Positions 17,184 through 25,519 are shown, counted from the stretch's first letter. The stretch: 32,000 bases of DNA from Bdellovibrionales bacterium (GCA_965247685.1 OZ252021.1:480001-512000); one strand, 5' to 3'. The notes: generated by a model from the letters alone, not told the origin. A program made the numbers and translations.

Positions 17184-17502
17184 TATAAAATTAAGACATC
17201 TAGCGTCAAAGTAAGTTCAAAGTCACAGCAAGTCAAGAACTCTTAATGCATATAAAAAGTTTACTTTGAGTGAGTAGAAGAGTTTGAAAATACTGTATAT
17301 TTTACATACAAATACTCTTGATTTAAAGAATTCTCTATTAAAAATATTATAGATTTGAACAATGAAACTGTAAGAAAAGTATGCGGTGCATAAATTTTGT
17401 TCACCTATTACTCCACATGACTTTATCTCCCCATATATCAAATTGACATAACATACTGTTTTTTATTCTTAATATCCTTTATAAACAATGTAATGTTTTA
17501 AA

Positions 17503-19209
17503 ATGAGACAGTTGTCTATCCATCCTAAAAAGGGGTTGTTTTTGTCCTACCAAGTTTTAAGTTTAAAATGGAGACCCAAAACTTTTTCTGAAGTAGAAGG
17601 ACAAGAACCCATACAACAAATTTTAACTCAAGCCATTCAAAAAAAATCTCTTCACCCTGCTCTAATATTCTCAGGAACTAAAGGGACAGGTAAAACTTCT
17701 ACAGCTCGCATTTTAGCTAAATCTTTAAGATGCGAGAAAAAAAAATCAAAAAAAGAATCTTATGAACCTTGTAATCAATGTTCATCTTGTTTGAGTATCA
17801 ATAATGGATCAGATATGGATGTGATGGAAATTGATGGTGCAAGCCACAATGGAGTCGATGCCATCCGCCATTTAAAAGATTCTGTGCAATACATGCCTTC
17901 CAGTGGAAATAAAAAAATCTACATCATTGATGAAGTTCATATGCTCTCTCAAAGTGCATTCAATGCTCTGTTGAAAACACTAGAAGAACCTCCCGAACAT
18001 GTTGTGTTTATAATGGCAACTACGGAGTTAAGAAAAATTCCTTCTACTGTTGTGTCTCGTTGTCAAGTTTTTAATTTTCGGCCTATTCCTCCTTCACTCA
18101 TTCAAAAAAGATTACAACAAATATGTAAAGCTGAAAAAATTCAAATTGATGATGAAGCTTTGTGGCTTATTGTAGAACAATCTCAACAATCTATGAGAGA
18201 TGCGCAAGTACTACTCGATCAAATGGCTAGCTTTAATAATAAAAAAATCACAAGTGATATGATCATTAGTATATTAGGACTTCATCATCGCTCACTTTTA
18301 AACTCCTTACTTAAAGCTATTATCCAAAAGGATAACTCTAGTATTTTAAGTTTTATACCTCAATTGACACAAATTAACCCCGAGGTGTTTTTAAATACAT
18401 TACTTATTCAGATAAGAAATTTACTTATGATACAACTCACAAAAAATCCAACATGGATTTTTCTTATGGAGAAAGAAAAAGAGTTTTTAAAGGAACTTTC
18501 TCAAAAAACCACTTCCGAAGAACTCCACTTTCTATTCGATATGTGTTTAAAAGGAAGACAAGATTTAAGAAAAAGTTTCGATCCACACATTACTTTAGAA
18601 ATGGTTTTATTAAGAATGAGCCAAGCTCCAAATATTGAATCTTTACTAACTCGACCTTCTTTTTCAAATAACACCTCCTCTATTAAACCTTCCAAAAATT
18701 TTGTATCAGAAAGCAAAAAATCCCTCCACAAAGCAGATGATCCTGTCGCTATTTCAAAGCCTCTTTTTTCGACTCAACAACCCTCTTCTTCAAAGCCAAC
18801 ACCTTCTTCCGTTATCACCTCTGATCAATGGAAAGACTTTATCCAATTTGTTCATGAAAAAGATATGCATCTTGCAGCTTTAACAAAGAGCTACTCCTTT
18901 TGCAAAGGAGGGCCTCAAGAGATTTTATTAGGTTATTTAGAATCTAAGTTGTTTTTAGAACAGAAAATAAAAGATTTAGATTTTCGAAACAAAATAGAGA
19001 GTTATGTAGCTCAATTTTTCAAAGTAAAAATGAAATGTCGTTTTGTTCCTAATACTTCTGACTGTTTAAGAACTCAAGAGAATCAAAAAAAACACAAGCT
19101 TCAAACTCAAAAATTAAAAAAAGCGCAATCTCACCCTTTAGCGCAAAAAATTACTCATTTATTCCAAGCAGAAGCTTTGTCCCTAGACAAACCTCCTTCT
19201 CCTAAATAA
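17503..19209 (+). CDS. dnaX: DNA polymerase III subunit gamma/tau
   Basis: Motifs seen are LSLKWRPKTFSEVEGQE, Walker A (FSGTKGTGKTSTARILAK), a Zn module (C-x13-C-x2-C-x2-C), Walker B/DEAD-like (IYIIDEVHMLS), sensor 1 (VVFIMATTE) and SRC (VSRCQVFNF). The C-terminal half is Ser/Pro-rich and tau-like. The real start may be the TTG at 17542, giving M-SYQVLSLKWRP as in other DnaX proteins. Confidence 0.95.
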   Translation: MRQLSIHPKKGLFLSYQVLSLKWRPKTFSEVEGQEPIQQILTQAIQKKSLHPALIFSGTKGTGKTSTARILAKSLRCEKKKSKKESYEPCNQCSSCLSINNGSDMDVMEIDGASHNGVDAIRHLKDSVQYMPSSGNKKIYIIDEVHMLSQSAFNALLKTLEEPPEHVVFIMATTELRKIPSTVVSRCQVFNFRPIPPSLIQKRLQQICKAEKIQIDDEALWLIVEQSQQSMRDAQVLLDQMASFNNKKITSDMIISILGLHHRSLLNSLLKAIIQKDNSSILSFIPQLTQINPEVFLNTLLIQIRNLLMIQLTKNPTWIFLMEKEKEFLKELSQKTTSEELHFLFDMCLKGRQDLRKSFDPHITLEMVLLRMSQAPNIESLLTRPSFSNNTSSIKPSKNFVSESKKSLHKADDPVAISKPLFSTQQPSSSKPTPSSVITSDQWKDFIQFVHEKDMHLAALTKSYSFCKGGPQEILLGYLESKLFLEQKIKDLDFRNKIESYVAQFFKVKMKCRFVPNTSDCLRTQENQKKHKLQTQKLKKAQSHPLAQKITHLFQAEALSLDKPPSPK

Positions 19210-19222
19210 GGTAGAATATAAG

Positions 19223-19825
19223 ATGTCTTTTTCTATTCGCTGTCTTCAACAACTTCTTTATGAAATACAAAAGTGGCCCGGTGTTGGACCTCGAAGTGCA
19301 CAAAAACTTATACTCCACTTACTTAAAAAAAAAGAAAAAGACATTCCAGCATTGATAGACGCTTTAAAAAATATTATTACTCGCATTCAACTTTGCTCTC
19401 AATGCTTTGGATGGACTGAAAATTCCTCGGTTTGCACCATTTGTGAAAGTATTTCCAGAGACCATCAAACTTTATGTGTTGTGGAAAACCCTTTCGATAT
19501 TTTTAGAATTGAAAGCTCTAATACTTTTCATGGTTATTATCATGTTTTACACGGTCTTATTTCTCCGCTCAATAATGTGCATCCAGAGAATTTAACTATT
19601 GATTCGCTTATAAAAAAATTAAACAATAAAAACTTCAAAGAAGTGATTTTAACTCTGGACACTAATTTAGAAGGAGATACGACTTCTCTTTATTTGGTGA
19701 ATAAACTGAAACCATTTAATGTTAAAATCTCAAAACTAGCTTTAGGAATTCCAATGGGAAGCCCTTTAGATTTTGTGGATGATCAAACTTTATGGCAAGC
19801 TATGGAAAATAGGATTGAAGTATAA
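19223..19825 (+). CDS. recR: Recombination protein RecR
   Basis: It has the HhH motif (LQKWPGVGPRSAQKL), a C4 zinc finger (CSQCFGWTENSSVCTICES) and Toprim/Walker-B-like blocks (LCVVENPFD, EVILTLDTNLEGDTTSLY). Confidence 0.95.
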   Translation: MSFSIRCLQQLLYEIQKWPGVGPRSAQKLILHLLKKKEKDIPALIDALKNIITRIQLCSQCFGWTENSSVCTICESISRDHQTLCVVENPFDIFRIESSNTFHGYYHVLHGLISPLNNVHPENLTIDSLIKKLNNKNFKEVILTLDTNLEGDTTSLYLVNKLKPFNVKISKLALGIPMGSPLDFVDDQTLWQAMENRIEV

Positions 19826-20418
19826 TGTCTTTTATTAATCACAATTCACAAGAAATTTACTGCAAGATCATATATGTAGGGCCTCCAAAATCTGGAAAAA
19901 CAACCAATATACAATGGATTTATAAACAAACATCCGATCAAAACCCAGACTCTTCAATCATTCAAATTCCTTTAGAAAGCTCCCCACAATCTTTGTTCGA
20001 TTTTTTACCTCTAAGTGTAGGTAAAATTCGTGATTTCTCCACCCGCCTGCATCTTTACACTATTCCAGGAGATCAACTTTTTAAATCAACTGGAAAAATT
20101 ATACTTAAAGGTCTCGATGGAATCATTTTCGTAGCAGACTCACATCCGGAAAAGATGGAATCTAACATTGAGTATTTGAACAATCTAAAAATACAACTCG
20201 AAGATGAAGGTTATAAATTGAAAAAGACTCCTTTAGTGATTCAATACAATAAAAGAGATTTAGAAAATGCAGAGTCTTTATCTAACATGAGACATGCTTT
20301 AAATTACTACAACTCTCCGGATATTGAAGCTGTGGCTCACATAGGGAAAGGAGTCTTTCCCTCCCTTCAAACAATCTCTAAAATTGTAATTTCTCTTCTT
20401 AAAGGAGGAGAACTGTAG
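19825..20418 (+). CDS. mglA: MglA-family Ras-like small GTPase
   Basis: It is collinear over its whole length with my recollection of Myxococcus MglA: MSFIN...E-I-CKI-Y-GP---GKTTN-Q-IY, LFDFLPLS-G-IR-F-TR-HLYT-PG, ILKG-DG--FVADS, N-E-L-NL---L---GY-L-K-P-VIQYNKRDL. Its ATG overlaps the recR stop (TAATG at 19823-19827). Confidence 0.9.
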   Translation: MSFINHNSQEIYCKIIYVGPPKSGKTTNIQWIYKQTSDQNPDSSIIQIPLESSPQSLFDFLPLSVGKIRDFSTRLHLYTIPGDQLFKSTGKIILKGLDGIIFVADSHPEKMESNIEYLNNLKIQLEDEGYKLKKTPLVIQYNKRDLENAESLSNMRHALNYYNSPDIEAVAHIGKGVFPSLQTISKIVISLLKGGEL

Positions 20419-20502
20419 TAAAATAAGAAAAAGCTCTATTGGTCATTAAAAGCAGCCGATATATACGGTTACATCACCCTTAAAAAATAAAGGAACATCC
20501 AA

Positions 20503-22131
20503 ATGGTGGCATCTTTTTTTCAATATCTCCTCCCTTTTATGCTCATGTTGGGAATATTAGTTCTTATTCATGAATTAGGACATTTTTTAGTCGCACGATA
20601 TTTTGGAGTACGTGTAGAAGTGTTTAGTATAGGATTTGGTCCAAAACTTTTTAAATTAAAAAAAGGAGACACTATATACTGTATTTCTCTTATTCCTTTG
20701 GGTGGATATGTCAAAATGTTTGGTGATAATCCAAAAAAACTTCCTCAAGGAGAAGATCGAAAAAAAGGTTTTCTGTCTCAAAAAGTGGGAGCCAAAAGCC
20801 TCATCGCTCTTGGAGGTCCTGTAATGAACTGCTTGTTAGCCATATTTTTGTTTATGTTCTTAAGCTTTCTAGGAAGGCAACAAGCTCTTCCTGTCTTAGG
20901 AGATATTCACTCTGAAACTAAAGCTTATGATCTAGGATTTCGAGCTGATGACAAAATTTTATCTATCAATGATCAAAAAATCCAGTATTGGAGTGATGTT
21001 CAAAAGAAAATTAGAAAAAGTCCTGAAAAAAATCTTACTATTCAAGTTGAAAGATTAAACAAAATAGAAACCATCCAAATAACTCCTGATAAAATTAAAA
21101 ATGATAAACTCAGTCATTTTGAAAATTTTATTGGAAAAATTGAAGGCTTGTCTATTGTTTCAAAATCTGCTCATATCGGAGTCTATAGCAATCACTCCAT
21201 AGCTTACAAAAGAGGTTTAAGAACTTTTGATGAAATTAAAGAAATTAATGGTATTTCTATTTTAAACTGGAGAGATTTAAAAAAATTCTTTAAACAAAAC
21301 TCTCAGAAAAAATTAAATATAAAAGTTCAAAGAGATAAAGAAGAAAAATTAATTACTATTCCTTTGCCTGTTCACTCAGTAGCTATTTTGAAAAAACTAG
21401 GAATAGAGTCTACAGAGCTGTATATTGATCGAGTGAAGAACAACTCCCCAGCTTACAAATCAGGATTACAAAAAAAAGATCGTTTCTTTGCTCTCAATGG
21501 AACTGTATTGAAAAGCTGGGAAGAATTCTCTTCTTTAATTCAAGATAACAAGGGCTTTAAACCTTTCAATTTAACTATCCTTAGAGATGGTCAAAAACAA
21601 GATGTTGTTATGAAGGCAAAAAAGATGTCCACTGTTCAAGAAGACGGAGTGATTAAAGATCGTCCAATGATTGGAGTCGCTTCTGCACAATATATATCTC
21701 TTCCTTCTCTTGTACATGTTCGTACACTCAATCCCATCAAAGCTTTGAATGTTGGAGTGAAAGAGACTTTTCGATGGTCTGCTGTTACAGGAAAAGTACT
21801 TTGGAAACTAGTCACTGGAAACCTTTCTTATCGTGTTATGGGAGGCCCTTTATCTATCGCAAAAGCGGCTCGAAAATCTTTTTCTGAAAGTCTATCTGAG
21901 TTTCTAGCGGTTATGGCTATCATTTCTGTCAACTTATTTTTAATGAATCTTCTACCTATTCCTGTCTTAGATGGAGGGTATCTTTTACTATTTGCTATAG
22001 AGGGGATAAAAGGAAGCTCTTTAAGTCCTCAGAAAGTTGAGTTTGTTCAAATTATTGGTTTTGTTTTTGTTGTGTTCTTTATTGTGCTGACTTTCTTTAA
22101 TGATATTGGAAATTGGGATTTAATTTGGTAA
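20503..22131 (+). CDS. rseP: RIP site-2 zinc metalloprotease RseP (M50 family) with three PDZ-like repeats
   Basis: It has the HExxH motif in TM1 (LIHELGHFLVARYFG), GGYVKMFGD and a C-terminal NLLPIPVLDGG. Between them are three repeats of the pattern AY-x-x-G[FL]-x-x-x-D-x(5)-N[DG]-x(5)-W: AYDLGFRADDKILSINDQKIQYW, AYKRGLRTFDEIKEINGISILNW and AYKSGLQKKDRFFALNGTVLKSW. Confidence 0.93.
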   Translation: MVASFFQYLLPFMLMLGILVLIHELGHFLVARYFGVRVEVFSIGFGPKLFKLKKGDTIYCISLIPLGGYVKMFGDNPKKLPQGEDRKKGFLSQKVGAKSLIALGGPVMNCLLAIFLFMFLSFLGRQQALPVLGDIHSETKAYDLGFRADDKILSINDQKIQYWSDVQKKIRKSPEKNLTIQVERLNKIETIQITPDKIKNDKLSHFENFIGKIEGLSIVSKSAHIGVYSNHSIAYKRGLRTFDEIKEINGISILNWRDLKKFFKQNSQKKLNIKVQRDKEEKLITIPLPVHSVAILKKLGIESTELYIDRVKNNSPAYKSGLQKKDRFFALNGTVLKSWEEFSSLIQDNKGFKPFNLTILRDGQKQDVVMKAKKMSTVQEDGVIKDRPMIGVASAQYISLPSLVHVRTLNPIKALNVGVKETFRWSAVTGKVLWKLVTGNLSYRVMGGPLSIAKAARKSFSESLSEFLAVMAIISVNLFLMNLLPIPVLDGGYLLLFAIEGIKGSSLSPQKVEFVQIIGFVFVVFFIVLTFFNDIGNWDLIW

Positions 22132-22143
22132 ATACATCTATAA

Positions 22144-22806
22144 ATGAAGTATTTATGCATAGAAACATCTCAGTCAATCGGATTTGTCGCTCTCTTTCAT
22201 AATCAAAAAAAAGAGTTTGAACATAAGTGGAATGAACATTTACATTCAGAAAATATCGTCGATTCTTTAAAAACTTTACTTCCGTTATTAGATTCTTCTA
22301 TTGAATTTATCGCAGTCAATACTGGACCTGGACGATTCACAGGAATTCGAGCAGGTGTTAATTTTGCAAAAGTTTTATCTTATTATTTAAAACGACCTTT
22401 GTATCCGTGTGTTTCCTTAAGAATTATGGTGGAAAATCACCTCCATCATTACAAGTGTCCTATAATCTCCATACTAGAAGCTTTTGGACAGATGTATTAT
22501 ACAGGGATTTATCAAAAAACAAATCAGGGAATAATAACCCTGTTACCGCCGCAAGCCTTGCCTTTAAAGCAACTTCAAAAATATATCTCAAATCCAATGG
22601 TAGGAGTTGGAGATATTTTTAATAAAAGTGATTTTTCTGGAACTTTTTTTCAGAATCTCAAACTAAAAAAACCTATTCCTATAACTCCTAAATTATTCTC
22701 TCAATATATAAGATCTCACTGGAATGAAAAAAATCTACAAAATTGGCAGACAATTGAGCCTTGCTATTTGCGTCTCCCTTCAGTTATAAATAAAAATGTA
22801 TTATGA
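22144..22806 (+). CDS. tsaB: tRNA t6A37 threonylcarbamoyl-transfer complex protein TsaB (YeaZ)
   Basis: It has an ASKHA-fold N-terminus (LCIETSQSIGFVALF) and the TsaB motif VNTGPGRFTGIRAGVNFAKVLSY. Its 220-aa size fits. The stop overlaps the rluD start (ATGA). Confidence 0.8.
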   Translation: MKYLCIETSQSIGFVALFHNQKKEFEHKWNEHLHSENIVDSLKTLLPLLDSSIEFIAVNTGPGRFTGIRAGVNFAKVLSYYLKRPLYPCVSLRIMVENHLHHYKCPIISILEAFGQMYYTGIYQKTNQGIITLLPPQALPLKQLQKYISNPMVGVGDIFNKSDFSGTFFQNLKLKKPIPITPKLFSQYIRSHWNEKNLQNWQTIEPCYLRLPSVINKNVL

Positions 22807-23768
22807 CAAAAGAAAAAAAGATTCAAATCACTGAAGATTTTAATGACTTTAGACTAGATCAAGTTTTATCTCACTTTTTAAAGTCTCGTATGCAGGCCAG
22901 TCGATTAATTAAAGAAGGAAAAGTAAAATTAGAAAATTCGGACAGGATTAAACCTTCTCATCGTGTTGTTACTGGAGACTTTGTTACTGTTTTGATGGAA
23001 GAAGAAAAAAACACGACAGATAAACTAGAACCTTATGACTTTCCTGTTCCTATTATCTATGAAGACTCTGAACTTTTAGTAGTAAATAAGCCAGCCGGCT
23101 TAGTCGTACATCCAAGCCACGGTCACCCTAATGACACTCTTGTAAATGCTTTAATTCACAAACTCAATCCTGAATCTTGTGTCGACCCGATGCGACCTGG
23201 CTTACTTCATCGGCTCGATAAAGAAGTAAGTGGACTATTGGTGCTTTCTAAAAAGCTATCTGCCCATCATTTTCTTGCTCAACAATTTGAAAGTAAACAA
23301 ATCAATCGTACTTATTGGGGACTTTGTTATCCACCTATACTATCTGAAGAGGGGAAAATTGAATCTTACTTAAAAAGAAACCCTATAGACCGAAAGAAAT
23401 TTATTTCAGATCCTGAAGAAGGGAAAAAAGCGATCACTCATTTTAAGATACTTAAAAAATCTGATCTTATTCTTGTCGAATTTCAACTTCAAACGGGGCG
23501 CACTCATCAAATTCGCATTCATAGTCGAGAGTTTTCACAAGGGATTGCTGGAGACCTTGTCTACTCTGCACCTAAAGCTCTTCATCGCTTAGTTTCCTCA
23601 AAACTCATTCAAAAAATTCAGAATTTAAATCGTATTGCTCTACATGCCACTTATTTATCTTTCATACATCCAAAAACAAATAAGTTGATGACTTTTCATT
23701 GTCCTTTTCCAGAAGAGCTTGAAAATTTAAAACACATTGCAAATGGAACTGAGGAAAGAACCTTATGA
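22803..23768 (+). CDS. rluD: 23S rRNA pseudouridine synthase, RluD/RluA family
   Basis: It has an N-terminal S4-like domain (FRLDQVLSHFL...[17 protein letters not shown]), a catalytic Asp motif (LLHRLDKEVSGLLVL) and GRTHQIRIH. Confidence 0.9.
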   Translation: MTKEKKIQITEDFNDFRLDQVLSHFLKSRMQASRLIKEGKVKLENSDRIKPSHRVVTGDFVTVLMEEEKNTTDKLEPYDFPVPIIYEDSELLVVNKPAGLVVHPSHGHPNDTLVNALIHKLNPESCVDPMRPGLLHRLDKEVSGLLVLSKKLSAHHFLAQQFESKQINRTYWGLCYPPILSEEGKIESYLKRNPIDRKKFISDPEEGKKAITHFKILKKSDLILVEFQLQTGRTHQIRIHSREFSQGIAGDLVYSAPKALHRLVSSKLIQKIQNLNRIALHATYLSFIHPKTNKLMTFHCPFPEELENLKHIANGTEERTL

Positions 23769-24430
23769 TCTTTAAACCCACTGAAAAAAATAACCAAATT
23801 CTTTATTATTCTGCTCAAAATAAAAATTATCTTATTGTATATGGGACTCGGTATTTAAAAAAAAGTGATTTAAGAAATTTATTTCCAAATTATCAAATAT
23901 GTTTTATTCAACAAGTACACGACAATAAAGTCATTCCTGCTCAAACACAAAAATTAATAAAAGCTGATGCTCACTGGACTCAAGAAAAACATCAAGCCTT
24001 ATTTGTTCAAACAGCAGACTGCTTACCAATTTTTATAGTCACTCCAAATCAAGTTTGTGCCATTCATGCAGGATGGCGAGGAGTGGAAAAACAAATTGTC
24101 CTGAAAGCTATGGAATGTTTTTCAGATATTCAGAATTTAGAGGTAAGTATTGGACCTCACATTACAAAGAAAAATTTTATTGTGGATGAGGATGTAGCTC
24201 TAAAACTTGCTCAATCTACCCCTGAAGGCAGCCGACACCTCTTTGCTCAGGGTGATGGGAAGTATAGCGTTTCTTTACAAGATCTTGTCCAAAAACAAAT
24301 TTTATCAAAAGGACGAGTGCAAAATTGGCATTTACTGGAGTTTAATACCTTTTCAGAAGAAACATTTTATTCTTTTAGAAGAAGTTCCGAGAAACAAGTA
24401 GGGCAATATAGTTTTGTTGTTAAAATTTAA
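23765..24430 (+). CDS. pgeF: PgeF/YfiH (DUF152 'laccase-domain') purine-nucleoside/peptidoglycan-editing family protein
   Basis: It carries the conserved His/Cys/His-bearing blocks QQVHDNKV, QTADCLPIF and AIHAGWRG, plus the C-terminal FYSFRR. Its start overlaps the rluD stop (ATGA), which is the common rluD-pgeF pairing. Confidence 0.85.
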   Translation: MIFKPTEKNNQILYYSAQNKNYLIVYGTRYLKKSDLRNLFPNYQICFIQQVHDNKVIPAQTQKLIKADAHWTQEKHQALFVQTADCLPIFIVTPNQVCAIHAGWRGVEKQIVLKAMECFSDIQNLEVSIGPHITKKNFIVDEDVALKLAQSTPEGSRHLFAQGDGKYSVSLQDLVQKQILSKGRVQNWHLLEFNTFSEETFYSFRRSSEKQVGQYSFVVKI

Positions 24431-24456
24431 TCCTTTCTAAATAAAAGATAAATACA

Positions 24457-24915
24457 ATGAATCAAAACAGATGGCTATATATTTTATTCTCTTTAGTTTT
24501 CACTCAAATTATAACTTGGAGTCTTTTATCCTCTCATCTTAAAGAAAGAATCGAATCCCTATGGTGGAAACCCCATCAAGATCGATTACTGTCTTCCACA
24601 ACTAACGACATTGATGGTCGAGGAAATTATATCAAAGCTTTGAAATTCAAATCTCATAAAAGTATTCGGCTTGAATTTATTCAAATCAACTCTAATGGAG
24701 TAAAAGAAGTAATTAATAAATCAGAAATTCCTCATCCCTATGATGGTTTTTTTGAGTATAGAGGAGAGGCTGTTCAGCTCGCTATTGGAGATGTCGATGG
24801 AAATGGTGTGATGGAAGTGATAGCTCCTACATTTGATGAGAATTTATTTCCTCATTTAAATGTGTACTATTATCACGAAAAGAATAATAGTTTTCAAAGG
24901 CTTAAACCTTTATAA
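24457..24915 (+). CDS. Hypothetical membrane-anchored protein with FG-GAP/VCBS-like Asp-Gly motifs
   Basis: It has an N-terminal hydrophobic anchor (WLYILFSLVFTQIITWSLL) and two D-x-D-G-x-G type motifs (TNDIDGRGNY, IGDVDGNGVMEVIAP) of the kind seen in FG-GAP repeats. No other family signature was recognised. Confidence 0.45.
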   Translation: MNQNRWLYILFSLVFTQIITWSLLSSHLKERIESLWWKPHQDRLLSSTTNDIDGRGNYIKALKFKSHKSIRLEFIQINSNGVKEVINKSEIPHPYDGFFEYRGEAVQLAIGDVDGNGVMEVIAPTFDENLFPHLNVYYYHEKNNSFQRLKPL

Positions 24916-24952
24916 ACTTGTATCCACTGTTCTAATTCGATTCAGTTAAAGT

Positions 24953-24967
24953 GTCTAAAGTTTAGAC
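24953..24967. repeat. 15-nt perfect palindrome GTCTAAA-G-TTTAGAC downstream of the 152-aa ORF
   Basis: Positions 24953-24959 are the reverse complement of 24961-24967. It lies 38 nt after the stop at 24915. No T-run follows on the + strand, so any terminator role is weak, and it could equally be a binding site. Confidence 0.35.
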
Positions 24968-25061
24968 TAAAAAATTATTACTCTATTCATATTTATCATA
25001 ACAACAATTTTTGAGAGAAAAAATTCAAATTAGTGTTACAAGATAAAACAGCAAAGCATTT

Positions 25062-25082
25062 TTTATTTTAGAAAATCTTAAA
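25062..25082 (+). repeat. Copy B of the shared 21-mer, upstream of the 133-aa hypothetical ORF
   Basis: TTTATTTTAGAAAATCTTAAA at 25062-25082 ends 35 nt before the ATG at 25118. It is 20/21 identical to 3964-3984. The 12-nt core TTAGAAAATCTT also occurs at 16922-16933, next to the csrA stop. Confidence 0.4.
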
Positions 25083-25117
25083 CAAGCCGAAAAATATTTA
25101 TAGGTAAGGTTTGTTGT

Positions 25118-25519
25118 ATGGTTCACACTCTAAAAGAAAATCTAGAAATTACTCAAGTGGGTCTTTCTCAAACTTCAGATGTGATTGCAAGCTCCGCTAA
25201 TCTTTTTCAAATTTCCCCTAAAGGTTTTTATCTCAAGATATGTCGAAAGAACCTGTCTCAATCTTTAAAAACTCATTTAAATTTAGATACTCTTTGTCAC
25301 AAAGAAGTTGGTATGTATCTCCCTGTAATGGATATCCAACTAGACGGTATAGTGATAAATACAAAACACATAGGCAATGGAATTTTTGAAATTTTTGTTC
25401 AATTTTTAGATAGCATTCCTAGTTATTGGTATGATTGTCTTATGGATATGCTTATCAGTTACCCGCATGGAGAGTTCTCAAACCTTGAACTATTGTCTTC
25501 TTACAAGTTTGATAGTTAA
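25118..25519 (+). CDS. Hypothetical 133-aa protein (very tentatively a degenerate PilZ-like beta-barrel)
   Basis: The ORF is preceded by TAGGTAAGG (an SD-like sequence). The segment LDGIVINTKHIGNGIFEIFVQF loosely resembles the PilZ [DN]-x-S-x-x-G strand region. No RxxxR motif is present, so c-di-GMP binding is not supported. Confidence 0.35.
   Translation: MVHTLKENLEITQVGLSQTSDVIASSANLFQISPKGFYLKICRKNLSQSLKTHLNLDTLCHKEVGMYLPVMDIQLDGIVINTKHIGNGIFEIFVQFLDSIPSYWYDCLMDMLISYPHGEFSNLELLSSYKFDS

Noticed and set aside
17223-17441. 72-aa ORF in the csrA-dnaX intergenic region
   Set aside because: It starts at TTG with no SD. It is Phe/Ile/Tyr/Lys-rich, as expected from translating AT-rich noncoding DNA, and has no family resemblance.
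17164-17502. SRP (4.5S/ffs) RNA, which commonly precedes dnaX
   Set aside because: There is no GGAAGCAGC or AGGUCAGG-type domain IV motif on either strand, and G+C is very low.
17737-17754. A9 and A7 homopolymer runs in dnaX as a possible programmed frameshift or transcriptional-slippage site producing gamma
   Set aside because: The runs are at codons ~79-84, inside the Zn module (CEKKKSKKESYEPC). Slippage there would truncate the protein before the AAA+ core and could not produce a functional gamma. They simply encode a Lys-rich insertion, although they are potential slippage-prone error sites.
20455-20462. GCCGATAT resembling the sigma-28 (FliA) -10 element GCCGATAA upstream of rseP; also GCCGAAAA at 25086-25093
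   Set aside because: There is no TAAA -35 element at the required ~15-nt spacing in either case, and rseP is not an expected flagellar-regulon gene.
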